A stretch of DNA of 33,781 bases from Candidatus Bathyarchaeota archaeon (lineage in GTDB: Archaea; Thermoproteota; Bathyarchaeia; Bathyarchaeales; Bathycorpusculaceae). The position numbers were made by a program, and so were the translations under genes. This document shows, in pieces, positions 1 to 9,440 of the stretch (the stretch's first letter is position 1; every line of letters starts with the position of its first letter). A model generated the notes under the pieces. It did not search any database, was not told where the DNA came from, and saw only the letters and a list, made by a program, of their open reading frames with translations. The DNA is taken from contig CAVYES010000001.1 in the NCBI GenBank assembly GCA_963767735.1, forward strand, positions 1 through 33,781, in the 5' to 3' direction.

Positions 1-25
1 ATATTCACTTGATTGAGGAAGAAAA

Positions 26-1265
26 ATGATAACGGAAATATGTTAAAAGCGAAAGCAGCTTCAGTTGAAATGGCGAAACTTTCGGCTGAAGCAAAGAACG
101 ATGCTCTTTGCAGAATGGCAAACGCTCTTGAAGCGAAGCTGACAAGATTTTAGCTGCCAACAAAGCGGATGTTGAAGCTGCAAAAGCCAAAGGCCTCAAA
201 GCGGCGTTCCTTGACCGTTTAGCACTTGACACCGCAAAATCCAAACCATGGCTAAGGGCTTAAGAGAAGTCTCGGCTTTAGCTGACCCAATCGGCACAAT
301 CATAAGCAGTTGGACACGCCCGAACGGCTTAATAATCAGCCAAGTCCGCGTACCTTTAGGTGTTGTAGGAGTAATTTACGAATCCCGACCCAGACGTAAC
401 CTCTGACGCGGCAGGAATCTGCATCAAATCTGGAAACGCAGTTATCCTAAGAGGCGGCTCCGACGCCTTAAACTCAAACGTAGCCATCGGCGATGTGCTG
501 CGGGACGCTTTGGCGGGGACAAATGTGCCTGTTGACGCAGTTCAAGTGGTGAATTCTCCTGACCGCAAAGTTGCAGAGGAACTGATGCGTATGCGACAGT
601 ACATTGATGTGCTTATTCCCCGTGGCGGCGCAGACTTAATCAAAACTGTGGTTGAGACTTCACGTATTCCAGTTATTGAAACTGGAACGGGCAACTGCCA
701 CGTTTACGTTGAAGAAGACGCAGACCTAGAAAAAGCAACGCCCATAGTGATAAACGCTAAATGCCAAAGACCAGGAACCTGCAACGCAGCTGAGAAACTG
801 CTGGTTCACAGCAAAATAGCAGAGCGTTACTTGCCCGTTGTGATTGCTGCGCTTAGAAAGCAAGGCGTGGAAGTCAGAGGCGACGAAGAAACCCGAAAAA
901 TTGTTCCTGACGTGAAAGCGGCAACTGAACAGGACTGGTACACAGAATACTTAGACTTAATCATAGGCGTCAAAGTCGTGAAAAACCTCGACGAAGCCAT
1001 AGCGCACATTAACAAGTACGGCACCCACCACTCAGACTCCATCCTCACAGCCGACTTCGACAAAGCCATGCAATTCATACGAGAAATAGATTCAGCCGCA
1101 GTCTACTGGAACGCATCCACACGATTCACTGACGGCAACCAGTTCGGGTTAGGCGCAGAAATAGGCATAAGCACACAGAAACTTCACGCAAGAGGACCCA
1201 TGAGCGCCCAGCATTTAACAACAACAAAATACGTTATTTTAGGCAGTGGACAAATCCGAAAATAA
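26..1265 (+). CDS. proA: Gamma-glutamyl phosphate reductase (glutamate-5-semialdehyde dehydrogenase); 5' third broken by about 4 single-base indels, likely sequencing errors
   Basis: ORF 495-1265 has [51 protein letters not shown]. Upstream frames read ...LDRLAL...LADPIG...[46 protein letters not shown], starting from ATG at 26. Confidence 0.93.
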
Positions 1266-1531
1266 AGAAAATTTCAATCACCTTCAGGCACTTGTTCACT
1301 CTCATTTAAAAAGAAAGCCTCAAACCCAAAAAGCTAAGTAAGTTAAGTTGACTCGAATGCTTACAAGATGAGAGCATTCTTTTCAGATTATCGCTAATAC
1401 TGAATAATTGCCACGTCTCATTTGAGGAATGTTACTTTGTTAATCAAGATAAGCTTGGAGATGCGTTTGGAATTCGCACTTTAAGCATGGCTTAAGTATT
1501 TCTTTTAATTATTCTTTGTCAGTTGATAATT

Positions 1532-1773
1532 ATGCAATATAAACAATTCTAAAACCTTATGACGTAGTGTCCCTTATAGGGGAAACAGTCGAAGATTCTA
1601 AAACTTCTCCAGAGCCTTTAGAACCGGTAGATTGGAATAACGCGTTAAACAGGTACGCAAAAGACGGGTGGATTGTTGCAAGCAGTGGAGCAATTGAATC
1701 AGGCACCGCTATCATATTTTGGGCTTTGTTGGAAAAAACTGAACAAGAACAAGCCATCAATACAGGTTTTTGA
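1532..1773 (+). CDS. Small DUF4177-like protein (about 80 aa); one A apparently missing at 1541-1543
   Basis: Restoring one A gives MQYKTILKPYDVVSLIG...DWNNALNRYAKDGWIVAS...IFWALLEK. The M-x-YK...LN-x-Y-xxx-GW pattern resembles DUF4177. Confidence 0.55.
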
Positions 1774-1826
1774 CTTACAGAAAAAAACTATAAGCCGCAC
1801 AAATTTTTTTCTTCTTCTAGATATAT

Positions 1827-1854
1827 TGAGGTAAGCTCCCTTCCGTTTGCCTCA
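1827..1854 (+). other. Stem-loop with pyrimidine-rich loop
   Basis: TGAGGTAAGC-(TCCCTTCC)-GTTTGCCTCA: 10-bp stem with two G-U pairs on the + strand. Confidence 0.45.
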
Positions 1855-2125
1855 TTATTGCAATATCAATAAGACAATTATGATAAGACATAAAACCTTA
1901 AATTTGCCTCGATGGTTTTGTTAGCAAGCGACGGCTTGTCATAGTAGCTTAAATACGAATTTCCATAGTTTCCCTTGTGTATCAGTTAAATTTAAGGTGA
2001 AAAAACCTTTCAGTCGTTTAATAGTTTAGAAGGAAAATTAAAATTGTGGTTTTTGCGGGTCCGAGTTTTAACTTATTGTTTCAAACACTCTTTTATATTT
2101 TATTTCTCTTGGTGACGAGTGAGTA

Positions 2126-2803
2126 GTGCCCTTAGGAGAGAACGCTAAATTGGTTAAAAAATTCCTTAACAGATGGAAAGATAAAGAAAAAGAGCAGCCG
2201 TCTCTTTCAACAAAAATCAAAAACGTCGGCAAGCCTCAAGAAAGTGTAAAGGACCAAATTACCACGGTTATTCAAAGGTTAGACCTTCAAACTAAAACGT
2301 TAGATCTCGCAGTGAAACGTTTCGAGAACCGGGATGCTGCCGTCTTCCAATGTGTTGTGAAAGCCCTCTCAGACAGAGATAAGGCGCGGGCAAACATTCT
2401 TGCCAGTGAACTTTGGGAAATACGCAAAGTCGAGAGAATGCTGATTCAAGAATCTTTAGCTTTGGAAAGCGTATCAATGCGTCTTAGGACAGTTTCAGAA
2501 GTCGGCGATTTAGTTTCGGTGTTAGCTCCAGCAGCAAGTGTGCTAAACAACATTCGCTCTGGAATGTCCAGTGTTTTGCCCCAGGCAAGTCAGGAGCTTG
2601 AAAGCATCGGAAGTCTACTATCTGACATAGTGACCACAACAAGCCAATCCACAGAGACGCCAGTGAACATTGGAGCCGCAAACGAAGATGCACAAGCAAT
2701 CTTAAAGGAGGCAGAATTAGCCGCAGAAAAAAAACTTAATGATCAATTTCCAGAAGCAGCCACAGGAGCTGTCGCAAGCAAAAGGACAAGCATAGAAGCA
2801 TAG
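2126..2803 (+). CDS. Snf7/ESCRT-III family protein (CdvB paralog, short form with no C-terminal wH domain)
   Basis: 225-aa helical protein with RANILASELWEIRKV, LESVSMRLRTV, LAPAASVLNNIR, EDAQAILKEAELAAE..L...FPE, typical of TACK ESCRT-III proteins. GGTGA SD-like motif upstream of the GTG start. Confidence 0.85.
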   Translation: MPLGENAKLVKKFLNRWKDKEKEQPSLSTKIKNVGKPQESVKDQITTVIQRLDLQTKTLDLAVKRFENRDAAVFQCVVKALSDRDKARANILASELWEIRKVERMLIQESLALESVSMRLRTVSEVGDLVSVLAPAASVLNNIRSGMSSVLPQASQELESIGSLLSDIVTTTSQSTETPVNIGAANEDAQAILKEAELAAEKKLNDQFPEAATGAVASKRTSIEA

Positions 2804-3189
2804 CTAAAAAAGACCCAAATAAACACGGCAAAAGCGGCTCATAATCCAACAACTTTTTCTTTCAAGCTCACCTCCTCCTTTCTCAGATGAGTTTAATCAA
2901 GATGCCCGTTTTGATTTTAATTTAAATTTATTTGCGTTCTTAAAAGAATAGAAGGGTGATGGCTCGTTTATTTCAGACGGGCCAAGGTTAAGGGTTCTTT
3001 ATTTCTTTTTACAATGGGAGAGTTTCATAAAATTAATCCTAAAAACCATAGCTGAATATCAATCCTAATCCTGTGCCTAACAATTAGACCTTGGACCATT
3101 AATCGCCGCCATTTTGGTAACAGAAACATTTTAGTCTTATTTCGTAACTTCTTGCCCTACGCACCGAGGATATTTTGCTTATGGTTTAA

Positions 3190-3393
3190 TTATATTTCTT
3201 CTTTGAAAGTTCGGTTTCTCTTTGGGTAACGTATTACTGAATAAATGCAGATTGACTCAATTGCTAAAGATAGAACAAGCAGTTCCAAAAAACTGATTAC
3301 ATTATTGATTGTTAGCAATGCTGCACCTATTTCAGCGAACAGAAAGACAATAAATATTACGATTTTCGTTAACCATGCTTGCAAGCGTCTCAC
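3190..3393 (-). CDS. Hypothetical small membrane protein (2 predicted TM helices)
   Basis: 67-aa ORF with two hydrophobic stretches and a basic C-terminal tail; no recognised family. Confidence 0.45.
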   Translation of the reverse strand: MRRLQAWLTKIVIFIVFLFAEIGAALLTINNVISFLELLVLSLAIESICIYSVIRYPKRNRTFKEEI

Positions 3394-3568
3394 CGCTTCA
3401 TGATTATTTGAACCTGCTTAAAAAATTTAGTAAGTTAAAAGCTGAACGCACAATACCACTAGAACCCCTCTTACAGTCACTTAGAAGTAAATTAATCAGC
3501 CACAAACCTTTGTCTTTAATTAAGAAAAATTAAGGTTGAGGATCGCTTTTTATGGAATTGATTGCCTT

Positions 3569-3895
3569 CTATAATTTCAGCCAGAGCAATATGCCCATAA
3601 TTAAGCCGTAGATTGCCAACGCCTCAGCCAACGCCACAATCAAGAAACTTCTAAAGAAGGTATCTGGTTTTTCAGCTAAAGCACTTATCGCAGCGCTACC
3701 AGCGCCTGCTATTGCAAGTCCAGCACCTAATCCCGATAGACCAATAGCTAACCCAGCACCGATTGCTATGCCAAGTCTATCGTATTGTCCAACGGTTGTT
3801 GTTGGCGTTGTAGTTGCTTGTGCGGCTGCCATCCCGATGAGAGGCAAAACTGCCAGCGGAAGTATCAATAAAACTATTAGCATTGCTTTATGCAT
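3569..3895 (-). CDS. atpK: A/V-type ATP synthase subunit K (c, proteolipid), single hairpin with N-terminal hydrophobic leader
   Basis: GAGLAIGLSGLGAG glycine-rich helix, AEKP loop, ALAEALAIYG with the ion-carrying Glu. Confidence 0.95.
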   Translation of the reverse strand: MHKAMLIVLLILPLAVLPLIGMAAAQATTTPTTTVGQYDRLGIAIGAGLAIGLSGLGAGLAIAGAGSAAISALAEKPDTFFRSFLIVALAEALAIYGLIMGILLWLKL

Positions 3896-3932
3896 ATCCG
3901 TTTAGCTCCAATAAAACAAAAACAACACAGCC

Positions 3933-4130
3933 CTATGTATTAACCTTTTTCCCTGCTACCTTCTCCTCTCCCTCATTTAGGGAAAACTCGACGGCTTCGC
4001 CCATTTTGCATGCTTCCTCTTTCAGTGCGTTGGCTTTTTCGCTAATTTTCTTAATTTCTTCTTCTGCCAATCGCTCGATTTTCAGGTTAAAATTCTGGTA
4101 GTCTTTTTCCAATTTTTCTTTGTTTGACAT
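3933..4130 (-). CDS. Small charged coiled-coil protein within the ATP synthase cluster
   Basis: 65 aa, E/K-rich (LAEEEIKKISEKANALKEEA), co-oriented and closely spaced between the USP gene and atpK. Confidence 0.6.
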   Translation of the reverse strand: MSNKEKLEKDYQNFNLKIERLAEEEIKKISEKANALKEEACKMGEAVEFSLNEGEEKVAGKKVNT

Positions 4131-4149
4131 AGATTTTTCACTACAGCCC

Positions 4150-4593
4150 TTATTTTATTACCAGAACGGGACAAAGGGAGTATTCAATCACTTTTTCAGC
4201 AACGCTGCCCATTAGAATTCTCTGTGTACCCTTCCGCCCATAAGTACCCATAATAATTAAGTCTACGTTTAATTCCTTGGCCAAATTCACAATCTGCTCA
4301 AACGGGATTCCTTTCGCAATGTAAGAGCCATTCTTAAGGTGTTCTTTCTCTGCTAAGCCAACTACGTAATTGATGTATCGTTGACCATCTTGTTTTAGCT
4401 CCATTTCTGCTTTTTCGCGGTCACCGCCTTTGGAGATTTGGCCGAGCACGATATCATCAATTACATAAATAACTATAATTTGGGCATCAAACGTTTTGGC
4501 GATATCTATACCGTATTCAGCTGCACGTATGCTGTAATCTGATCCATCAGTGGGAATCAAAATTTTTTGAATGTTTTTAAAATTGAAAGTCAA
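4150..4593 (-). CDS. Universal stress protein (UspA family, ATP-binding type)
   Basis: KILIPTDGS at the N-terminus and DLIIMGTYGRKGTQRILMGSVAEKVI...CPVLVIK (G-2x-G-9x-GS motif). TTG start 1 bp after the atpD stop. Confidence 0.93.
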   Translation of the reverse strand: MTFNFKNIQKILIPTDGSDYSIRAAEYGIDIAKTFDAQIIVIYVIDDIVLGQISKGGDREKAEMELKQDGQRYINYVVGLAEKEHLKNGSYIAKGIPFEQIVNLAKELNVDLIIMGTYGRKGTQRILMGSVAEKVIEYSLCPVLVIK

Positions 4594-4594
4594 A

Positions 4595-5224
4595 TTATTC
4601 GCGCTCCCTAATCATATGCTTAATCCGCTTAGTTCTAACAAACTCTTCTCGATCTTTTTCTTCCAAAACGAGTGCAATTGTCTTAGTAATATCGCGATAC
4701 ATGGGAATGAGAACGTAATTCAACGCGTTCACCCGACGCTGAGTTCTTCCCACATCGCTTGCAATCTGAAATGTTGTACCCTCAGCCTTAGCTAACTCAG
4801 CAATAAACTTCAGCACACTGTAGAATTGCTTAAACGATTTATCCAGTTCCACGCTAGTATTTGCGAAACCGTAATCAGGCTTCGCATCAGTTTCACTTTG
4901 AAATTCAACATTAGGAACACTGACCCCCATAATGCTTTTGAAATCCACGAGGAAATTCGCTTCATAACTTGAGCCCAAAGCTACGTTAGCAACAGTTTCC
5001 GAACCCTTAGCCATATTTGCCTCCTTTAGGCTTTGATAAGCCTTCGCAAGATTTTCCAATAAGTCCTCGCGGGCTTTTTCAGCTTCGAAAATGCTATTTC
5101 TTAGTTCGCGGAGCAAAATGTCACGCTTACGTTCGAGGACATCCCGTCCAGACTCTGCCAGACTCAGGGTTTTTTTTGTTCGTATCAGGTTAATTCTTGT
5201 TGGGCTAATGTTTTCAGTAGACAT
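4595..5224 (-). CDS. atpD: A/V-type ATP synthase subunit D
   Basis: SPTRINL...G.DVLERKRDIL and TQRRVNALNYVLIP...LEEKDREEF motifs. Confidence 0.96.
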   Translation of the reverse strand: MSTENISPTRINLIRTKKTLSLAESGRDVLERKRDILLRELRNSIFEAEKAREDLLENLAKAYQSLKEANMAKGSETVANVALGSSYEANFLVDFKSIMGVSVPNVEFQSETDAKPDYGFANTSVELDKSFKQFYSVLKFIAELAKAEGTTFQIASDVGRTQRRVNALNYVLIPMYRDITKTIALVLEEKDREEFVRTKRIKHMIRERE

Positions 5225-5229
5225 TGTAT

Positions 5230-6660
5230 TTACTTTTCCTCATTAACCATTTTTGGGTAGTACTTCTTTACCTCATTAACCATTTTTGGGTAATATTTTT
5301 CGATGAATTCAGGGCGTATGTTTGTTAATTCTTCCTCGGGCAAAACTGACAATGTATCCCAAGCAAGCGAAAGTGTCTGCTCAATTGATCGGTTCTCGTT
5401 TTTACCTTGATTAATTAGAGTCTTTTCGAAACGTTCACCGAAGCGCAGGTATTCTTTGTCTTTGGTTCCTAATCCTTCCTCGCCGATAATAGTAACCAAA
5501 GATTTTACTGCGTTGTACTGTGCATAAGCGGAATATAATTGGCTTGCAACGTTAGAGTGATCTTCTCGTGTACGGCCTTTGCCGATGCCGTCCTTCATTA
5601 ATCTGGATAAACTTGTGGTTATATAGATTGGTGGATAGATGCTCTGCTTTTCCAAATTGCGCGATAAGACAATTTGCCCTTCAGTAATATAGCCTGTAAG
5701 GTCGGGAATTGGATGAGTGATATCGTCATTTGGCATAGTCAAGATAGGCATCTGCGTGATTGAACCTTTCTTACCTGTTATTCTGCCTGCTCGTTCGTAT
5801 ATGCTTGCAAGGTCACTATACATGTAGCCAGGGTAACCTTTTCTGCTGGGGACTTCCTCCATTGAGGCGCTAACTTCACGCAGAGCTTCGCAGTAATTGG
5901 TCATATCAGTCAAGATAACTAGTACGTGTGACTCCTGATCAAACGCTAAATACTCGGCTAGAGTTAGACCAGCTCTGGGCGTGATAATTCTTTCCACAGG
6001 AGGGTCATCAGCTAAATTGAGAAACATTGCAACGTTTTTTATTGCACCTGTTTCCTCGAAACTTCTTCTGAAGAAAGCCGCGTCATCATGTTCAAGACCC
6101 ATGGCAATGAAAACAATGAAAAATTCTTCGCCTTGACCACGAATGGTGGCTTGCCTAACAATTTGAGCGGCAAGTTCATTGTGGGATAAACCTGGACCGC
6201 TAAATATTGGGAGTTTCTGACCTCTTACAAGGCTATCTAAGCCGTCAATCGCAGATATGCCTGTTTGAATGAAGTCCCTGGGGTATTCTCGTGCAGTGGG
6301 ATTCAATGGGAAACCGTTGACGTCGCGCCTCTCTTCAGTGAAGAACCTCGGGTGCCCGTCTATGGGTTCGCCGAAGCTGTTCATAACGCGCCCAAGCATT
6401 TCGGTTGACACGGGCACTTCTAGGGGTTTTCCTAGAAATCGTGTGCGGGTTTCGGACGGCGACAAGCCTGTTGTGCCTTCGAAGACCTGTACGGTTACGG
6501 CTTTTTGAGTTACTTGAATGACCTTGCCTAACCTAGTTTCTCCAGTTTGCATTTTCACCGAAACAAGCTCATCGTAACCTACGTCTTGCACATTTTCCAC
6601 AACGATAATTGGACCTGAAATTGAAGCGACACCTTTATACTCTAAACCTGACCCCGCCAT
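5230..6660 (-). CDS. atpB: A/V-type ATP synthase subunit B
   Basis: [69 protein letters not shown]. Confidence 0.98.
   Translation of the reverse strand: MAGSGLEYKGVASISGPIIVVENVQDVGYDELVSVKMQTGETRLGKVIQVTQKAVTVQVFEGTTGLSPSETRTRFLGKPLEVPVSTEMLGRVMNSFGEPIDGHPRFFTEERRDVNGFPLNPTAREYPRDFIQTGISAIDGLDSLVRGQKLPIFSGPGLSHNELAAQIVRQATIRGQGEEFFIVFIAMGLEHDDAAFFRRSFEETGAIKNVAMFLNLADDPPVERIITPRAGLTLAEYLAFDQESHVLVILTDMTNYCEALREVSASMEEVPSRKGYPGYMYSDLASIYERAGRITGKKGSITQMPILTMPNDDITHPIPDLTGYITEGQIVLSRNLEKQSIYPPIYITTSLSRLMKDGIGKGRTREDHSNVASQLYSAYAQYNAVKSLVTIIGEEGLGTKDKEYLRFGERFEKTLINQGKNENRSIEQTLSLAWDTLSVLPEEELTNIRPEFIEKYYPKMVNEVKKYYPKMVNEEK
5238..5292 (-). repeat. Tandem duplication (33-bp period) at the 3' end of atpB
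   Basis: CCTCATTAACCATTTTTGGGTA at 5238-5259 and 5271-5292; encodes KYYPKMVNE twice. Confidence 0.9.
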
Positions 6661-6665
6661 ATTTT

Positions 6666-8435
6666 TTACCTCACACTTGCCTCTAACTCTTCGAAATGTT
6701 GTTGCATTTTTTTCTCCAAATCATCTAAAACGCTAACTTTATCGTTAGTTACTGTCATTTTCATGCGCAGTATATCATTCATTATTGGTAACTGCGTAAC
6801 CTTGGATATCGGCGCGCCTTTACTTACAACGCGGTCGGCGTATCTGTGGAAATTCACGATTATCTTTAGCATTTTAAACTGTTTTTGAGGAGAACTGTAA
6901 GTATCAATTGGGTCTAAAGCGTTCTGCTGCAAGAAAGCTATTCGGATTATTCTTGCGGTCTCTAAAATTAAGCGCTGTTTGTCAGGCAGAGCTTCTGGAC
7001 CAACTAGTTTAACAATGTTTTTCAAGTCGTCTTCAGCCTGTAAAATACGCATGGCGTCTTCCCTGTAGCTGTTCCATTCTTTGTTTATATTTTCATGCCA
7101 CCACCCCGCAAGCTCGCTGATGTATCCACTGTAGCTTTGCATCCAATTAATCGCGGGGTAATGTCTGGCGTCAGCTAATTCAGCGTCTAAAGCCCAGAAA
7201 ACACGAGTGAAACGTTTGGTGTGCTGTGTAACAGGCTCAGAAAAGTCTCCTCCAGGAGGGGAAACTGCTCCGATTGCGCAAATTGACCCGATACGTTTAT
7301 CCGAACCTAAAGTTTCCACAACACCTGTGCGTTCGTAAAATTCAGCTAACCTGGAGGGCAAGTAGCTAGGGAAGCCTTCCTCTGCAGGCATTTCTTCCAG
7401 CCTTCCTGAAACTTCTCTGAGTGCTTCTGCCCACCTGCTTGTAGAATCTGCCATTAAAGCCACCGCGTATCCCATGTCTCTGAAGTATTCTGCGATAGTG
7501 ATTCCTGTGTAGATGCTGGCTTCACGCGCAGAGACGGGCATATTACTTGTATTTGCAACTAGTAGCGTTCGCTCCATAAGCGGGTGACCGGTTGTAGGAT
7601 CAACTAGCTCTGGAAAACTTGTCAACACATCGACCATTTCGTTGCCGCGTTCTCCGCAGCCAACATAAATTATAATGTTAGCATCTGACCATTTGGCAAG
7701 CTGTTGTTGAGTGACGGTTTTTCCTGAGCCGAATGGCCCTGGAATTGAGGCGCTGCCGCCCTTAGCAATTGGGAAAAATGTGTCAATTACACGTTGCCCA
7801 GTGATTAGGGGAACAGACGGGGGAAGCCTTCGAGTGTGAGGTCTTGGTCTTCTCACAGGCCACTTATGCATCATCGGCAGCTCAATCTTTGCGCCGCCAG
7901 TTTCCAATGTAACAATGTTGTCTATAATTGTATAGTCCCCTTCCGGCACAATATCAACCAATTTCCCTTGAATGGCTGGTGGAATAAGAACGCGATGCTC
8001 AATCAGAGCGGTCTCCGTGACTGTTCCGAGGACATCGCCGCCGACGAGCTTAGCTCCAACTTTTGCGGTTGGTTTAAAAGGCCACTTCTTTTCTCTCGGA
8101 AGCGGTGAAACTCCTTTTACGGGTTCGATAAAAGCACCTGTAAGGCTTCTTAACAGTTCTAGTGGTCTCTGAATACCATCAAAAACAGTCCCGAGCAAAC
8201 CTGGAGCAAGCTCCACCGAAAGTGGGCTTCCAGTTCCGATAACGGGCTCATTTAGTTTGAGTCCACTTGTATTTTGATAAACTTGGATTGTTGCTTGTTC
8301 GCCTTCTAAACGAATAATTTCGCCGATTAAGGCTTCATTACCTACTTCGACCAGTTCATACATTACGGCTTGTCCCATTCCTTTGGCTTCGACGACTGGT
8401 CCTGCAACTCTGATTACTCTGCCTTTAGCGGGCAT
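6666..8435 (-). CDS. atpA: A/V-type ATP synthase subunit A (589 aa, no intein)
   Basis: Walker [38 protein letters not shown]. Start placed at ATG 8435 (MPAKGRV) behind GGAGG, not at the ORF-track start 8477. Confidence 0.98.
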   Translation of the reverse strand: MPAKGRVIRVAGPVVEAKGMGQAVMYELVEVGNEALIGEIIRLEGEQATIQVYQNTSGLKLNEPVIGTGSPLSVELAPGLLGTVFDGIQRPLELLRSLTGAFIEPVKGVSPLPREKKWPFKPTAKVGAKLVGGDVLGTVTETALIEHRVLIPPAIQGKLVDIVPEGDYTIIDNIVTLETGGAKIELPMMHKWPVRRPRPHTRRLPPSVPLITGQRVIDTFFPIAKGGSASIPGPFGSGKTVTQQQLAKWSDANIIIYVGCGERGNEMVDVLTSFPELVDPTTGHPLMERTLLVANTSNMPVSAREASIYTGITIAEYFRDMGYAVALMADSTSRWAEALREVSGRLEEMPAEEGFPSYLPSRLAEFYERTGVVETLGSDKRIGSICAIGAVSPPGGDFSEPVTQHTKRFTRVFWALDAELADARHYPAINWMQSYSGYISELAGWWHENINKEWNSYREDAMRILQAEDDLKNIVKLVGPEALPDKQRLILETARIIRIAFLQQNALDPIDTYSSPQKQFKMLKIIVNFHRYADRVVSKGAPISKVTQLPIMNDILRMKMTVTNDKVSVLDDLEKKMQQHFEELEASVR

Positions 8436-8439
8436 TTTT

Positions 8440-9060
8440 CTATGCCTCCTTCTCAAACAATATTTTTGCCACTTCAACCCGTAAAGTGGGCTTGAGTTCT
8501 TTTAATCGATTATCGATAGTGCTGTCGTAGGCGATTTTGCCGTCTGCGGTTTCGATTTTGCAGCCTCCTATGAAATCTTCCGTTTGTTCTGATAGTTTTA
8601 TTTCACAATGCAGCTTCTTGGATAAAGGGTTCAGCATATCTTGCGTTAACCACTCTGTATCTTTAGCATTGACTTTTACAACGAGATTTTTTTGGCCGAT
8701 TCTTCCAGCCACTTCTTTTATAAGCTCAAGTAGATAACCGTGATATTCCTCAGTGGTCACGAAATCCTTAAGTTTGACAAGAGCCTTGTCGAAAGCAGTG
8801 TCAACTAAGCCTTCTTTTGTTTGAAGCAGACGATTTCTCATTTCCACTTCAGTTACAGAAGCGATTTTTCGCCTTTCGCCTTCTGCTTTAGTTGTCGCCT
8901 GATTCATTAAGGTCTGGTAGTTTTGGACAGCTTGCTCTTTTCCAACTTTTAAGGTTTCTTTAGCTTGATTTTCAGCAGAGACAATTATGTCTTCTGCTTC
9001 TTTCTGTACGTCTCCTAAAACTTCGTTTGCAATAGCGGAAAGGCCAACTTTAATACTCAC
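8440..9060 (-). CDS. atpE: A/V-type ATP synthase subunit E
   Basis: N-terminal coiled coil, C-terminal IGGCKIETADGKIAYDSTIDNRL, position before atpA, GGTGA SD-like motif. Confidence 0.92.
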   Translation of the reverse strand: MSIKVGLSAIANEVLGDVQKEAEDIIVSAENQAKETLKVGKEQAVQNYQTLMNQATTKAEGERRKIASVTEVEMRNRLLQTKEGLVDTAFDKALVKLKDFVTTEEYHGYLLELIKEVAGRIGQKNLVVKVNAKDTEWLTQDMLNPLSKKLHCEIKLSEQTEDFIGGCKIETADGKIAYDSTIDNRLKELKPTLRVEVAKILFEKEA

Positions 9061-9074
9061 TTTAAATTCACCCT

Positions 9075-9384
9075 TTAAATTCTAACGCCTAAAGTTTTGC
9101 TTATGAGGTCAGACATATGGACTTGACTTGGTTTTCCCTTACTTCCAGGCATCTCTACAATTAAGGTGCTCTTGCGTTCGCGGCGAATTTTTTCGATGGC
9201 CTCGTGCATTTGCGGTTGAGTGGAGAATTCTTCACTTATGATTATTATTGCCAAGTCATTACGGACAAGTCGTTTTATCAAGAGCTTGCCGTGCCTCATC
9301 GACTGAATTTACTTCTGCGCCTTCAAGGCCGACCAGTCTGAATCCCGTAATCATGTCATTGTCGCCGATAACGTAACCAAGCAT
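9075..9384 (-). CDS. atpF: A/V-type ATP synthase subunit F; one extra base near 9270 (probable sequencing error)
   Basis: ATG 9384 reads MLGYVIGDNDMITGFRLVGLEGAEVNSVDEARQALDKT and continues in the next frame as LVRNDLAIIIISEE...LIVEMPG...ISKTLGVRI. Confidence 0.9.
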
Positions 9385-9440
9385 GATATCGCCTAATAAA
9401 ACTTTAATTCCTAGTTAATCAACATTTTGTAGAGCACAAA
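9385..9440. promoter_or_regulatory. 56-bp divergent promoter region between atpF and atpI
   Basis: AAAAC-TTTAAT (9398-9408) is BRE/TATA-like about 33 nt before the atpI ATG. On the minus strand an AGGCGAT SD-like motif precedes atpF, with a weaker TTGATTAA box upstream. Confidence 0.5.

Noticed and set aside
2951-2990. Fluoride riboswitch (GGTGATGG start)
   Set aside because: The downstream pairing and pseudoknot elements do not match and no crcB/eriC gene follows; it is only a simple hairpin.
6666-8435. Intein in atpA
   Set aside because: 589 aa and continuous through GPFGSGKTV; no insertion.
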